From a bacterium (GTDB taxonomy: Bacteria > UBA4055): a stretch of DNA of 64,000 nt. Location: NCBI GenBank assembly GCA_029559475.1, contig JAKQBN010000078.1, positions 2,986 to 66,985 of the forward strand. Direction: 5' to 3'. The notes below the pieces were generated by a model. It had not been told where the DNA came from and searched no databases. It saw only the letters and a program-made list of their open reading frames with translations. How positions within the stretch are numbered: the first letter of the stretch is position 1; every line of letters starts with the position of its first letter. Both the position numbers and the translations under genes were made by a program. Below, one piece after another: positions 19,641 through 28,340 of the stretch.

Positions 19641-19649
19641 AAGGTGATT

Positions 19650-20495
19650 ATGCCGAAAATTCTGAAAAATATTTCCGATGTGAGAGATTTTACTAGCCTG
19701 TATAATCTTGTAAACCGCAGGATCGGGTTCGTACCGACAATGGGATCTTTGCACGACGGACATCTCGAACTCGGTAGAAGAGCGCGAAAAGAGTGCGACT
19801 GCGTAATATATTCGATATTTGTTAATCCCATCCAGTTCGGCCCGAAAGAGGATCTCGACAAATATCCCCGCGATCTTAAAGGCGATCTTGAAAAACTTGA
19901 TTCAATAGGAACTGATGCCGTTTTCTTTCCAGATGAATCGATAATGTATCCTGAAGGGTTCAGCACCTATATTGATGCCGGGGAAACAGCAAACATTCTG
20001 TGCGGCAGATCAAGACCGGGTCATTTTAGAGGGGTAACAACGGTCGTTTGCAAACTTTTTAATATCGTTGGCTGCGATCAGGCTTACTTCGGAAAAAAAG
20101 ATATGCAGCAGTTCATTATCCTTAACAAAATGGTAAGAGACCTGAATATTCCCGTAGAACTTATAGGAGTGGATACGGTAAGAGAAAAAGACGGTCTTGC
20201 CATGAGCAGCAGGAATTCGTATCTGAATAAAAAAGAGAGGGCTTCGGCTCCAGTTCTTTATAAAACATTAGGCTATATCAAAAAACATCTTTCCGAATTC
20301 GCGGGACAGGAAGAGGCGGTTCAAAAAGCAAAAGAGATGATATCCGAAGTAAAAGAGGCTGAAATAGACTATATAGAGATCCGGAATTTAAAAGATCTTT
20401 CAGAAGTGAAAAACTTCAGAAAGGAAAAACACGTTATGTTTCTGGCTGTAAAATTCGGCAAAACAAGACTCATAGACAATATTATACTCAATTAG
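19650..20495 (+). CDS. panC: Pantoate--beta-alanine ligase
   Basis: GFVPTMGSLHDGH, FVNPIQF, GHFRGV and MSSRN motifs. I prefer the ATG at 19650 (AAGGTGA upstream) over the GTG at 19644. Confidence 0.9.
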   Translation: MPKILKNISDVRDFTSLYNLVNRRIGFVPTMGSLHDGHLELGRRARKECDCVIYSIFVNPIQFGPKEDLDKYPRDLKGDLEKLDSIGTDAVFFPDESIMYPEGFSTYIDAGETANILCGRSRPGHFRGVTTVVCKLFNIVGCDQAYFGKKDMQQFIILNKMVRDLNIPVELIGVDTVREKDGLAMSSRNSYLNKKERASAPVLYKTLGYIKKHLSEFAGQEEAVQKAKEMISEVKEAEIDYIEIRNLKDLSEVKNFRKEKHVMFLAVKFGKTRLIDNIILN

Positions 20496-20506
20496 GGAGA
20501 ATTTTA

Positions 20507-21244
20507 GTGAAAAAACTGTATACGCTCATTCTGGCGGCGGGACTGGGAAAAAGAATGAAGTCCGATCTTCCCAAAGTAATACATAAAATAGACGATAAAG
20601 AACTTGTAAAATATGTGATAGATCAGGCAAAAAAGACAGGCTCGGACGAGATCTGGCTTGTAACCGGACACAAGGGCGAAATGGTAAGGGAAGCTACAAA
20701 AGATCTTAATGTGAATTATGTTGAACAGAAAGAACAGCTTGGGACAGGACACGCCGTTATGCAGGCTGAGAAAGCTCTGGAAGGTAAAAAAGGCAATGTT
20801 CTTATTCTGTGCGGGGATGTTCCTCTCTTAAGACCCGAAACCCTTATATCGCTTCGAGATTATCATACTGCATCACAGTGTGTGGCTACAGTGCTCACGA
20901 CCGAATTCGAAGATCCTTTCGGGTACGGAAGAATCATTAAGAACGCATCAGGCAATATTTTAAAGATCGTTGAAGAAAAAGATGCCTCTGACAATGAGAA
21001 AAAGATCAAAGAGATAAATTCCGGTGTTTATGTAATTGATAAAGAAGAGCTGTTCGAGTCCTTAAAACACATTTCATCCGACAACGCCAGCAGAGAATAT
21101 TATCTTACCGACGTGATCGGAATTCTTACTTCGCAGAATAAAAAAGTAGGCACATATCTTGTTAAGGACAATACTGAAATTCAGGGGATCAACACTTTAG
21201 AACAACTTCAGCAGGCGGAAAGTATAATCAGATCAAGAAGATAA
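20507..21244 (+). CDS. UDP-N-acetylglucosamine pyrophosphorylase-like nucleotidyltransferase (GlmU N-terminal domain only)
   Basis: GTG start preceded by GGGAGA. LAAGLGKRMKSDLPKV and QLGTGHA motifs are present. The protein ends at 245 aa, in the linker-helix region, with no left-handed beta-helix acetyltransferase domain. Confidence 0.7.
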   Translation: MKKLYTLILAAGLGKRMKSDLPKVIHKIDDKELVKYVIDQAKKTGSDEIWLVTGHKGEMVREATKDLNVNYVEQKEQLGTGHAVMQAEKALEGKKGNVLILCGDVPLLRPETLISLRDYHTASQCVATVLTTEFEDPFGYGRIIKNASGNILKIVEEKDASDNEKKIKEINSGVYVIDKEELFESLKHISSDNASREYYLTDVIGILTSQNKKVGTYLVKDNTEIQGINTLEQLQQAESIIRSRR

Positions 21245-21255
21245 AGAGGTGATCT

Positions 21256-21714
21256 ATGAAGAAACTGATAATTCTAATAATAGCTGCGGTTTCACTAGTT
21301 TCCGCGCAGTACAGAGACGCTGAGTCCCGGCCTGACCCGAGACTTAAATTCTTATCCTCATCAGGAGGAGCCTTATTCGACATGTCGAAACTGTCTGTAT
21401 CGCACAGTCTTTCCATGAGCTATTTTAATACAGGATCCGGCTCGGTAATGCTGAATGAATATATCGCCGGGATCAATTATCAGATCTCCGATCCGCTTAC
21501 GCTTAAACTCAACCTCGGTATGTCATATACCCCCTATTCATCCTTTTTACCCGCCGAAGAAAACAGTACGGATATTTATCTGAAGTCAGCTACACTGGAT
21601 TACAGACCTAATGATACTTTCAGAATGAGAGTGGATTTCAGAACCGTAAGGCCTTCAGATTATATAAACGCTGATCCGTTCAGGCAGAATGATTATTTTA
21701 ATGACAGCGAGTGA
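21256..21714 (+). CDS. Hypothetical secreted/outer-membrane protein
   Basis: Signal peptide and a beta-rich sequence. There is a 4-nt overlap with the next gene. Confidence 0.5.
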   Translation: MKKLIILIIAAVSLVSAQYRDAESRPDPRLKFLSSSGGALFDMSKLSVSHSLSMSYFNTGSGSVMLNEYIAGINYQISDPLTLKLNLGMSYTPYSSFLPAEENSTDIYLKSATLDYRPNDTFRMRVDFRTVRPSDYINADPFRQNDYFNDSE

Positions 21715-22244
21715 CAATGCCGAGATTCAAGTTGAAAAAAGAAAGAAAAGAATCAGTTAAAGAAAACAACATACATTTGTGGATAATAATCAGTCTTCTT
21801 TTTTTTCAGACAATTTTTCTGCTCTATAAAAATATTGATTTCTTCAAAGATAAATTTGCCGTTGATCCTAACGCTTTGTATGAAGATGAAATCGTGAAAA
21901 AACAAACCGGATCAACAGTCTCAGAGGCTGACTATCCAAAAGTCAGCCTGAAAGATGTAAGAATAAGCATTCTTAACGGCTGCGGCGCATCGGGAATAGC
22001 TTCATTATGGAAAGAAAAATTAAGAGGAATAGGCCTTGATGTGAGAGAGACGGGAAATACTGATAAAAGATACGCAAAAAGCGTCATTCTGAGCAGAACA
22101 GAAGACATGAAATACGCAAAACAGCTTGCTAAAAGACTAGGCGTGGGAAGTGAAAATGTCGTTATGCAGCTCAACAAAGACCTCGTCGATATAGATCTTA
22201 CTCTTATTGTCGGATCCGATCATAAAGAACTCGAAAAGCGGTAA
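21711..22244 (+). CDS. LytR C-terminal (LytR_C) domain membrane protein
   Basis: N-terminal TM helix, followed by VRISILNGCGASGIASLW...LDV...G.. typical of the LytR_C domain. Confidence 0.6.
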   Translation: MTMPRFKLKKERKESVKENNIHLWIIISLLFFQTIFLLYKNIDFFKDKFAVDPNALYEDEIVKKQTGSTVSEADYPKVSLKDVRISILNGCGASGIASLWKEKLRGIGLDVRETGNTDKRYAKSVILSRTEDMKYAKQLAKRLGVGSENVVMQLNKDLVDIDLTLIVGSDHKELEKR

Positions 22245-22248
22245 AAGG

Positions 22249-23595
22249 ATGAATGAAAGATTTTCTGAACTTAGGACTAAATATCCTGAATTTATCTACG
22301 ACAGCTTCTCGAAGGAATTTTCTGCTGACATCATCAAAGTAAAATACCGCTTTATCCAGTCTGAAAAAATAATTTTTGAACCTGAGCTTAGTTTCTTTTT
22401 GCCCCGCAAAAAGCTTTCAGATAAGAACCTTGATACCGTATTTTTCAATATCGGGATGATAGAACTTATCAGCTACTATAAAGCCTGCTGTTCGCCACTG
22501 ATGACTGTCAAAGCCGGATACCTGAACCGTGAACAAAAGGAATTCTGGAAAAAGTTGTATTTTAACGGTCTCGGAGAATTTTTGTATATGAACCGTATAG
22601 AGACTTCTTCTGATGAGCTTTGTAGAATTGTTTGCGATTCAGGAAAAGTTCATGCCAAATCAGACGCAAATCTGACAGACGGCTGTTTAATACCTGTCGG
22701 CGGCGGTAAAGATTCGGTTGTCACGCTCGAAATTTTGAAAGAACTGGACTGTCTGCCTCTGATCTTGAATCCCAGAGAAGCATCCGTACAAACCGTTCAA
22801 AATTCAGGTTACAGAAACTTCTTTAAGATCGAAAGAAAGATAGATCCTAAGTTGCTTGAACTTAATAAAGCCGGCTATCTTAACGGACATACCCCGTTCT
22901 CTGCTCTTCTTGCCTTCGTATCTGCGACTGCAGGACTGATGACCGGAAGAAAGAACATCGTTCTCTCGAACGAGAACAGCGCCAGTATCGGCAATGTTAT
23001 GTTTTCGGGTATCGAGATAAATCATCAATATTCGAAGTCGTTTGAAGCGGAAAAAGATCTGAACGATTATATCGCTGAGTACATTCACAGTGAAATAAAC
23101 TATTTCAGCTTCTTAAGACCTCTGAACGAGCTGAAGATCGCGGAACTTTTTTCAAGATATGACAGGCACAGATCTACATTCAGAAGCTGCAATGCAGGAA
23201 GCAAGAACAACATATGGTGCGGAAAATGCCCGAAATGTCTTTTTACTTATATAATTCTTTCGCCGTTTATTGACAGAATAGACCTAGTTTCAATTTTCGG
23301 TTCTGATCTTTTAACAGACACAGCCCTTGAAAAAACGTTTGATGAACTTACCGGAGAAGCAGGGATCAAGCCCTTCGAATGCGTGGGAACAAAAGAGGAG
23401 GTTAATGCAGCCCTGGCTTTTACCCTTAAGAAATACGGCAATGAAAAACTGCCTTATCTTCTTGATATCTTTTATAATAGGAATTCGTTGAATATAAATA
23501 AATTTCTTAAGGAATTTAATGCTATACTTAACGAATTTAATAACATGAACCTTCTCGACGATCACTTCAAAAAAATTCTGACGGATAATTTATGA
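22249..23595 (+). CDS. murL: Probable UDP-MurNAc-L-Ala-L-Glu epimerase (MurL-like, PP-loop-type ATP-binding motif)
   Basis: About 448 aa from the ATG at 22249 (AAGGA upstream). A PVGGGKDS PP-loop-like motif and a CGKCPKC cysteine pair are present. The stop overlaps the start of a MurD-type ligase (ATGA at 23592). The assignment rests on context plus motif only. Confidence 0.45.
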   Translation: MNERFSELRTKYPEFIYDSFSKEFSADIIKVKYRFIQSEKIIFEPELSFFLPRKKLSDKNLDTVFFNIGMIELISYYKACCSPLMTVKAGYLNREQKEFWKKLYFNGLGEFLYMNRIETSSDELCRIVCDSGKVHAKSDANLTDGCLIPVGGGKDSVVTLEILKELDCLPLILNPREASVQTVQNSGYRNFFKIERKIDPKLLELNKAGYLNGHTPFSALLAFVSATAGLMTGRKNIVLSNENSASIGNVMFSGIEINHQYSKSFEAEKDLNDYIAEYIHSEINYFSFLRPLNELKIAELFSRYDRHRSTFRSCNAGSKNNIWCGKCPKCLFTYIILSPFIDRIDLVSIFGSDLLTDTALEKTFDELTGEAGIKPFECVGTKEEVNAALAFTLKKYGNEKLPYLLDIFYNRNSLNINKFLKEFNAILNEFNNMNLLDDHFKKILTDNL

Positions 23596-24983
23596 AACCG
23601 GCGAAAAGATTTGAAAAATATTTCAAAGATAAAAGCGTTCTCATTATGGGATTCGGTACGGAAGGACGCTCAACTCTAGATTTCCTCATAAAGTATTTCT
23701 CTGACTGCAGGATCAGCATCTATGATAAAAACATTCTGAGACTCGGTAAGGACATCCGCTTCATAACGGGCGACATTGATCACATTCATGATAAATTCGA
23801 TGTGATAATAAAAAGTCCGGGAATTCCGCTTACAGACGAATTTGTTCTTAGATACAAACAGATTATTTCATCGCAGACCGATATTTTTTTAAGAGAATTC
23901 CATGATCAGGCTATAGGCATCACCGGAACCAAAGGTAAAAGTACAACTGTAACGCTTCTTAATACAATTCTTACCGACTGCGGTAAGAATTCAATTCTTG
24001 CCGGAAATATAGGCGTTCCTGTTTTTGACATTATACCTGAAATCGACGACAGTGTGATAATAGTGCTTGAGCTTTCATCCCATCAGCTGCAGTTTATCCA
24101 GAAGGCACCGCATATATCGGCCATTTTGAACGTTTATCCTGAGCATTTGGATTTTTACAAGAATTTTATCGAATACCGCGCAGCGAAAATGAATATCGTC
24201 AGAATGCAGAATGAAAACGACAGGATAATATTCCCTATAAAGGAATTTGCCGGACTTGAAAGAAAATCTGTCAGCCTGCCTTTTGAGATCATCATCGACG
24301 GAGATCAGGCTATAGTTTATTATAGCGGTAGCAGCACCGTGCTTTCGCTTAAATGCATTGAACTGAGAGGCAGCCATAACCTTTATAACATAGGAACAGC
24401 TCTTATAGCTTCTCAGCTTGCCGGCTGTGATATAAAAGACGCCGTTCAGTCGGTTTACGGTTTTAAAGGTCTCGAACACAGGCTCGAGTTTTTCGGAAAC
24501 TATAACGGAGTAGATTTTTACAACGATTCAATATCCACCATACCTCAGGCTTCAGTTGCCGCGATAAAAGCTTTTGACAACAATATCGGTTCTCTAATAC
24601 TCGGCGGTCATTTCAGGGGGGAAGAGATCGTCTGGACGGTTCTTACAGAAGAATTGAAAAAATCAAAAATAGACAGCCTGTTCTTTTTGCCTGATACGGG
24701 AAGAATGATGTATGATGATCTTGTCAGGTCAGGTTTCAAAGAGATCCACGGCGGCCAGAGTTCTATTCTGGAGTGGGAAGACAGACAGATCAGATGTTTT
24801 TTCTGTTCGAATTTTGACGAAATGATCCCGCTTCTTTTTAAATACACCCCTGCAGGCACTACCTGTCTCCTATCTCCCGCCTCTTCAAGCTATAACATGT
24901 TCAAAAATTTCGAGGAAAGAGGCAAATTGTTCAAAGAAAAGGTAATAAATTACGCAAAGGAAATTAAGAATGATAAAATATGA
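23592..24983 (+). CDS. murD: UDP-N-acetylmuramoyl-L-alanine--glutamate ligase (MurD family; probably the L-Glu-specific MurD2 type)
   Basis: Mur ligase P-loop GITGTKGKSTT and the N-terminal Rossmann motif GFGTEGRS. It does not sit in an mraY/ftsW dcw context. Confidence 0.7.
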   Translation: MKPAKRFEKYFKDKSVLIMGFGTEGRSTLDFLIKYFSDCRISIYDKNILRLGKDIRFITGDIDHIHDKFDVIIKSPGIPLTDEFVLRYKQIISSQTDIFLREFHDQAIGITGTKGKSTTVTLLNTILTDCGKNSILAGNIGVPVFDIIPEIDDSVIIVLELSSHQLQFIQKAPHISAILNVYPEHLDFYKNFIEYRAAKMNIVRMQNENDRIIFPIKEFAGLERKSVSLPFEIIIDGDQAIVYYSGSSTVLSLKCIELRGSHNLYNIGTALIASQLAGCDIKDAVQSVYGFKGLEHRLEFFGNYNGVDFYNDSISTIPQASVAAIKAFDNNIGSLILGGHFRGEEIVWTVLTEELKKSKIDSLFFLPDTGRMMYDDLVRSGFKEIHGGQSSILEWEDRQIRCFFCSNFDEMIPLLFKYTPAGTTCLLSPASSSYNMFKNFEERGKLFKEKVINYAKEIKNDKI

Positions 24984-26226
24984 TCATATCCGGCTCGATC
25001 TGGAAAAAAAATTCAGCGGCGAGATAAACAGGCTCATTCACGGGAACATTATTCTGAAACTTCTGATAGATGCGAGAGTAATTAATGCTGACGACAGCTA
25101 TTCAAAGATACTCGACAGCTATAATTTCAGCATTACGAAAGAAATGACCCCCCGGCTTTACGATCTCTGCCGCGAGGTTAAGGATACGCTCCAGTTTTCT
25201 GACGATATCGACTTTTTCATCGTGAATTCGCCTGAAATGAACGCTTTCGCAATTCCGAGCAATTATAAGGAGTATCCTCACAGAATAGCTCTGAATTCCA
25301 CCATTATTGATAAAATGGATGACGACGAGCTGCGGTTCGTGATCGGGCATGAGATCGGGCATCTGGTTACAAAAACGTACAAAATAAGCCAGATGATGCA
25401 TTTTCTGTTTCAGAATAAGCAGCCCAGCCTGCTTTTAAGGCAGAAATATATGTTCTGGGAAAAACTGTGCGAGCTGTCCTCCGACCGTTTCGGGCTTATA
25501 GCGAACAAAAATATCGAAAAAGCGATATCAAGCTTTTTCAAGCTGATATCCGGACTTCCAAAAAACATTATCGAGTTCAACCTTGATGAATTTATAAAAC
25601 AGAACAGGATAACTCTTGAAAACCATATTAATGAAATATCAGCACAGAGCATATCTCATCCCATACCTTCTCTCAGAGTGATCTCATTAGACATCTTCAG
25701 CAGATCGGATATTTATAAAAAAGCTGTGAACGATAAAAAGACAACACCTGACAAAAAGCTTTCCGAGGAAATGTCGGCTATCTTAAAAAAATTCTTTTTC
25801 ATGGGAAACGCGACTGACGTGGAAAGGATGAAGTTCATAGCGTCATCAGGCCTTATTATGTCTCAGATCGACAAGGATATTACGCAGGATGAAATAGAAG
25901 CTATACTTGATACTCTCGCGAATTACCTTCTATTTCCGAAAGAGTTTCTTGACAGTATGATAAAAGATCAGAAAATAAACGAGGTCTTTAATGAATCTAT
26001 CGGCAATCTTCTTGATCCGAAAAAGAACAGGGGTTCTATTGAGCAGGAAGCAGATGTTATGTTCAACTACCTTATTAATATAGCGCTTTCCGATAACGAT
26101 ATTACTCAGGCAGAAATAGATTTTCTTAACAATATAGGTTCGAATCTTTTCGGGTTCACGAAGGAAAAAATATCCTATATGACCGCGGAATCTATCGCCA
26201 ATAATTTCGATCCGTCAGGGATATAG
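24970..26226 (+). CDS. M48-family zinc metallopeptidase with a C-terminal TerB-like helical domain
   Basis: HEIGH zinc motif (VIGHEIGHLV). The C-terminal half has repeated D(I/N)DITQ.EI.. helices reminiscent of TerB/co-chaperone-like modules. It overlaps the murD-like gene by 14 nt. Confidence 0.55.
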   Translation: MIKYDHIRLDLEKKFSGEINRLIHGNIILKLLIDARVINADDSYSKILDSYNFSITKEMTPRLYDLCREVKDTLQFSDDIDFFIVNSPEMNAFAIPSNYKEYPHRIALNSTIIDKMDDDELRFVIGHEIGHLVTKTYKISQMMHFLFQNKQPSLLLRQKYMFWEKLCELSSDRFGLIANKNIEKAISSFFKLISGLPKNIIEFNLDEFIKQNRITLENHINEISAQSISHPIPSLRVISLDIFSRSDIYKKAVNDKKTTPDKKLSEEMSAILKKFFFMGNATDVERMKFIASSGLIMSQIDKDITQDEIEAILDTLANYLLFPKEFLDSMIKDQKINEVFNESIGNLLDPKKNRGSIEQEADVMFNYLINIALSDNDITQAEIDFLNNIGSNLFGFTKEKISYMTAESIANNFDPSGI

Positions 26227-26227
26227 A

Positions 26228-26674
26228 TCATTTGTGTATGTAAACTTTACAGCCTGTTCTTACGTGGCTGAAAAGCTCGATTATGTCTTTGTTTTTCATT
26301 CTGATACAGCCTATTGACGCTTTTGTGCCTATGGATGATTCATCATTTGTTCCGTGAATGTAAATATATCTGTCAAAAGTAGTTGAGTTTCTCTTCTGAA
26401 GACCTTTCAGTCTTATAATTCTTGTAGTAATAATATCCTTTTTCCCGTCCCCGATATCGGCTACGATCCCTGTAGGATCTCTATCTTTAAATATCATTCC
26501 GTAAGGCTGACCATCTCCTATCATTTCGCATATCTCGTGCATTCCGAGAGGCGTCTTCATGCTTCCTTCTGTATATCCCTCGCCGTATTTTGAGGTAGAG
26601 ACAGGATATTCCAGGCTGGTCTTTCTGTTAGTGAAAACAAGTTTCTGTTCTCCGACAGATATTTCGATCCTCAT
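26228..26674 (-). CDS. L,D-transpeptidase (YkuD domain)
   Basis: Catalytic signature YIHGT....IG...S.GCIRM. Confidence 0.8.
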   Translation of the reverse strand: MRIEISVGEQKLVFTNRKTSLEYPVSTSKYGEGYTEGSMKTPLGMHEICEMIGDGQPYGMIFKDRDPTGIVADIGDGKKDIITTRIIRLKGLQKRNSTTFDRYIYIHGTNDESSIGTKASIGCIRMKNKDIIELFSHVRTGCKVYIHK

Positions 26675-26677
26675 ATT

Positions 26678-27013
26678 CTATCCTATATCCAGCTCATCGC
26701 AGATATCCGCGATATTCTCGAACTCGTTCTGCAGATCTTCGAGGATCTCGACAGCCTCTTCAACAAGAGTTCTCTGGACTTTCAGCTCCTCTATCTCTTT
26801 GTTTATACCCGCCTCATCCCCTTCTCCGTCATCAAGATCGTCCTGAAGCTCCTCGATCCTTTCATCTATTTCTTCTAGCTCCTCATCGCAGTCGAAGTTC
26901 ATATCTTCGAAAGTCTCGAACAGTTCATTGATCTTATTTATCGAATCTGAAAGATCTGTTTTCGCTTTCTTAACATCCTGAAGAATACTCTTTAATTTTT
27001 CATAGTCGTTCAT
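26678..27013 (-). CDS. Hypothetical highly acidic coiled-coil protein
   Basis: 111 aa with a very high Asp/Glu content (..DCDEELEEIDERIEELQDDLDDGEGDE..). A 3-nt gap separates it from the downstream L,D-transpeptidase gene. Confidence 0.55.
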   Translation of the reverse strand: MNDYEKLKSILQDVKKAKTDLSDSINKINELFETFEDMNFDCDEELEEIDERIEELQDDLDDGEGDEAGINKEIEELKVQRTLVEEAVEILEDLQNEFENIADICDELDIG

Positions 27014-27074
27014 GATGACCTCCGGTATTTTATATAAATATAAGAATAATCTGAGCTAAAAGAACAAATTAATT

Positions 27075-28328
27075 TTAAAAATCTGCTGATGCTATATTAT
27101 ACATGATCTCAAGTCTCAGTCTGTCGGGATCTTCTTCAAAAATGTCTTCATCGGAATCATATAACTGCACAGCCTTTTTCCGGTCGTTCATTATAACGGC
27201 TGTCTTAAATTTCAGGATCCGCGCCTGCATATCTTTATTTTTTATTTTATCAAGAATATTAGACGCCTCTCTAAAAAATCCGTGATCGAAAAGAACTTCG
27301 CACGTTCTTAATATTTCATCATCGGAAAGATTTATGTTCGGATTCTGATAATACTGCGGCCTGAATATCGCTTCCTGCCTTATCTTTACGGTTGATTTCC
27401 ATTCGTTCCTGAACTTTTTCAGAATGTATCCGTCATGGATCTTTGATGCATAAGCCTCAATTTCGCCTGCATCCTGAACTGACCCTGTAATATAAAGACA
27501 CTGCGCTTCGTAAATGACCGCATCATACTGATATGCGTAAAATTCATTTCCCGGATCTGAGTTGATGTCTCTGAAGATCTGAAGAGCCTGCATGATCTTA
27601 CCCGTATGATACAAATCTTTTGCATAAAGATATTTAAAATATTTGGAATTCGGAAACAGGTCACAGAGATTTTTCGAATATTTTACCGATGACCGGCGGT
27701 CTTTCAGGATCATGGCGTAATATTCAATAAGGAACAGATTAGCTTCGGTCTTTGTGATCCCGCCTTCAAAAGCTATCCCGTCAAGCTCCTTTAATCCCGA
27801 TGTTATATTACCTGAATAACCGAGAACCGAATTTACCCAGAAACTGTTCTCGAAATACATAACGAGAGAAATATCGGACAATGCCGATCCGAACGCGGAA
27901 TCTTTCGTATTATACTTTTTCTGGATCTTTTCAAAAAGCTTTTTGGACTTTTTAATGTTCCTGAACATCGAATATGAGGGATCGGATGACTGAATGTATG
28001 CCATGCTTCCATAGAGAACAGCTGTCAGAAGATCCTTTTCGTAAGCCGACAGATCTTTTATTTTTCCATCTTCTATGTCATCGATAAGCTTTTCAGCTTC
28101 ACATTCAAGATCGTTTTTATTGACATTTTTCTGCAGCCTTAATTCATAAATATCCTTGTAAAGAGAACTGACTCGATCCCAACCCTTCTCTTTTACGGTC
28201 TTTTCGGCAGACAGTATTTTTCCCTGATACATTTCCTTAATAAAACTTTCGTAATATGAAAAAAAATCCGCAGAGAAATTGTCTGCGGAAATAATTAACA
28301 ACGATAGTATTATAGTTCTGAAATTCAT
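27075..28328 (-). CDS. Hypothetical secreted helical-repeat (TPR-like) protein
   Basis: 417-aa ORF with a signal peptide and a helix-rich repeat-like sequence. No specific family recognised. Confidence 0.55.
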   Translation of the reverse strand: MNFRTIILSLLIISADNFSADFFSYYESFIKEMYQGKILSAEKTVKEKGWDRVSSLYKDIYELRLQKNVNKNDLECEAEKLIDDIEDGKIKDLSAYEKDLLTAVLYGSMAYIQSSDPSYSMFRNIKKSKKLFEKIQKKYNTKDSAFGSALSDISLVMYFENSFWVNSVLGYSGNITSGLKELDGIAFEGGITKTEANLFLIEYYAMILKDRRSSVKYSKNLCDLFPNSKYFKYLYAKDLYHTGKIMQALQIFRDINSDPGNEFYAYQYDAVIYEAQCLYITGSVQDAGEIEAYASKIHDGYILKKFRNEWKSTVKIRQEAIFRPQYYQNPNINLSDDEILRTCEVLFDHGFFREASNILDKIKNKDMQARILKFKTAVIMNDRKKAVQLYDSDEDIFEEDPDRLRLEIMYNIASADF

Positions 28329-28340
28329 CAGCGCCTTTTG

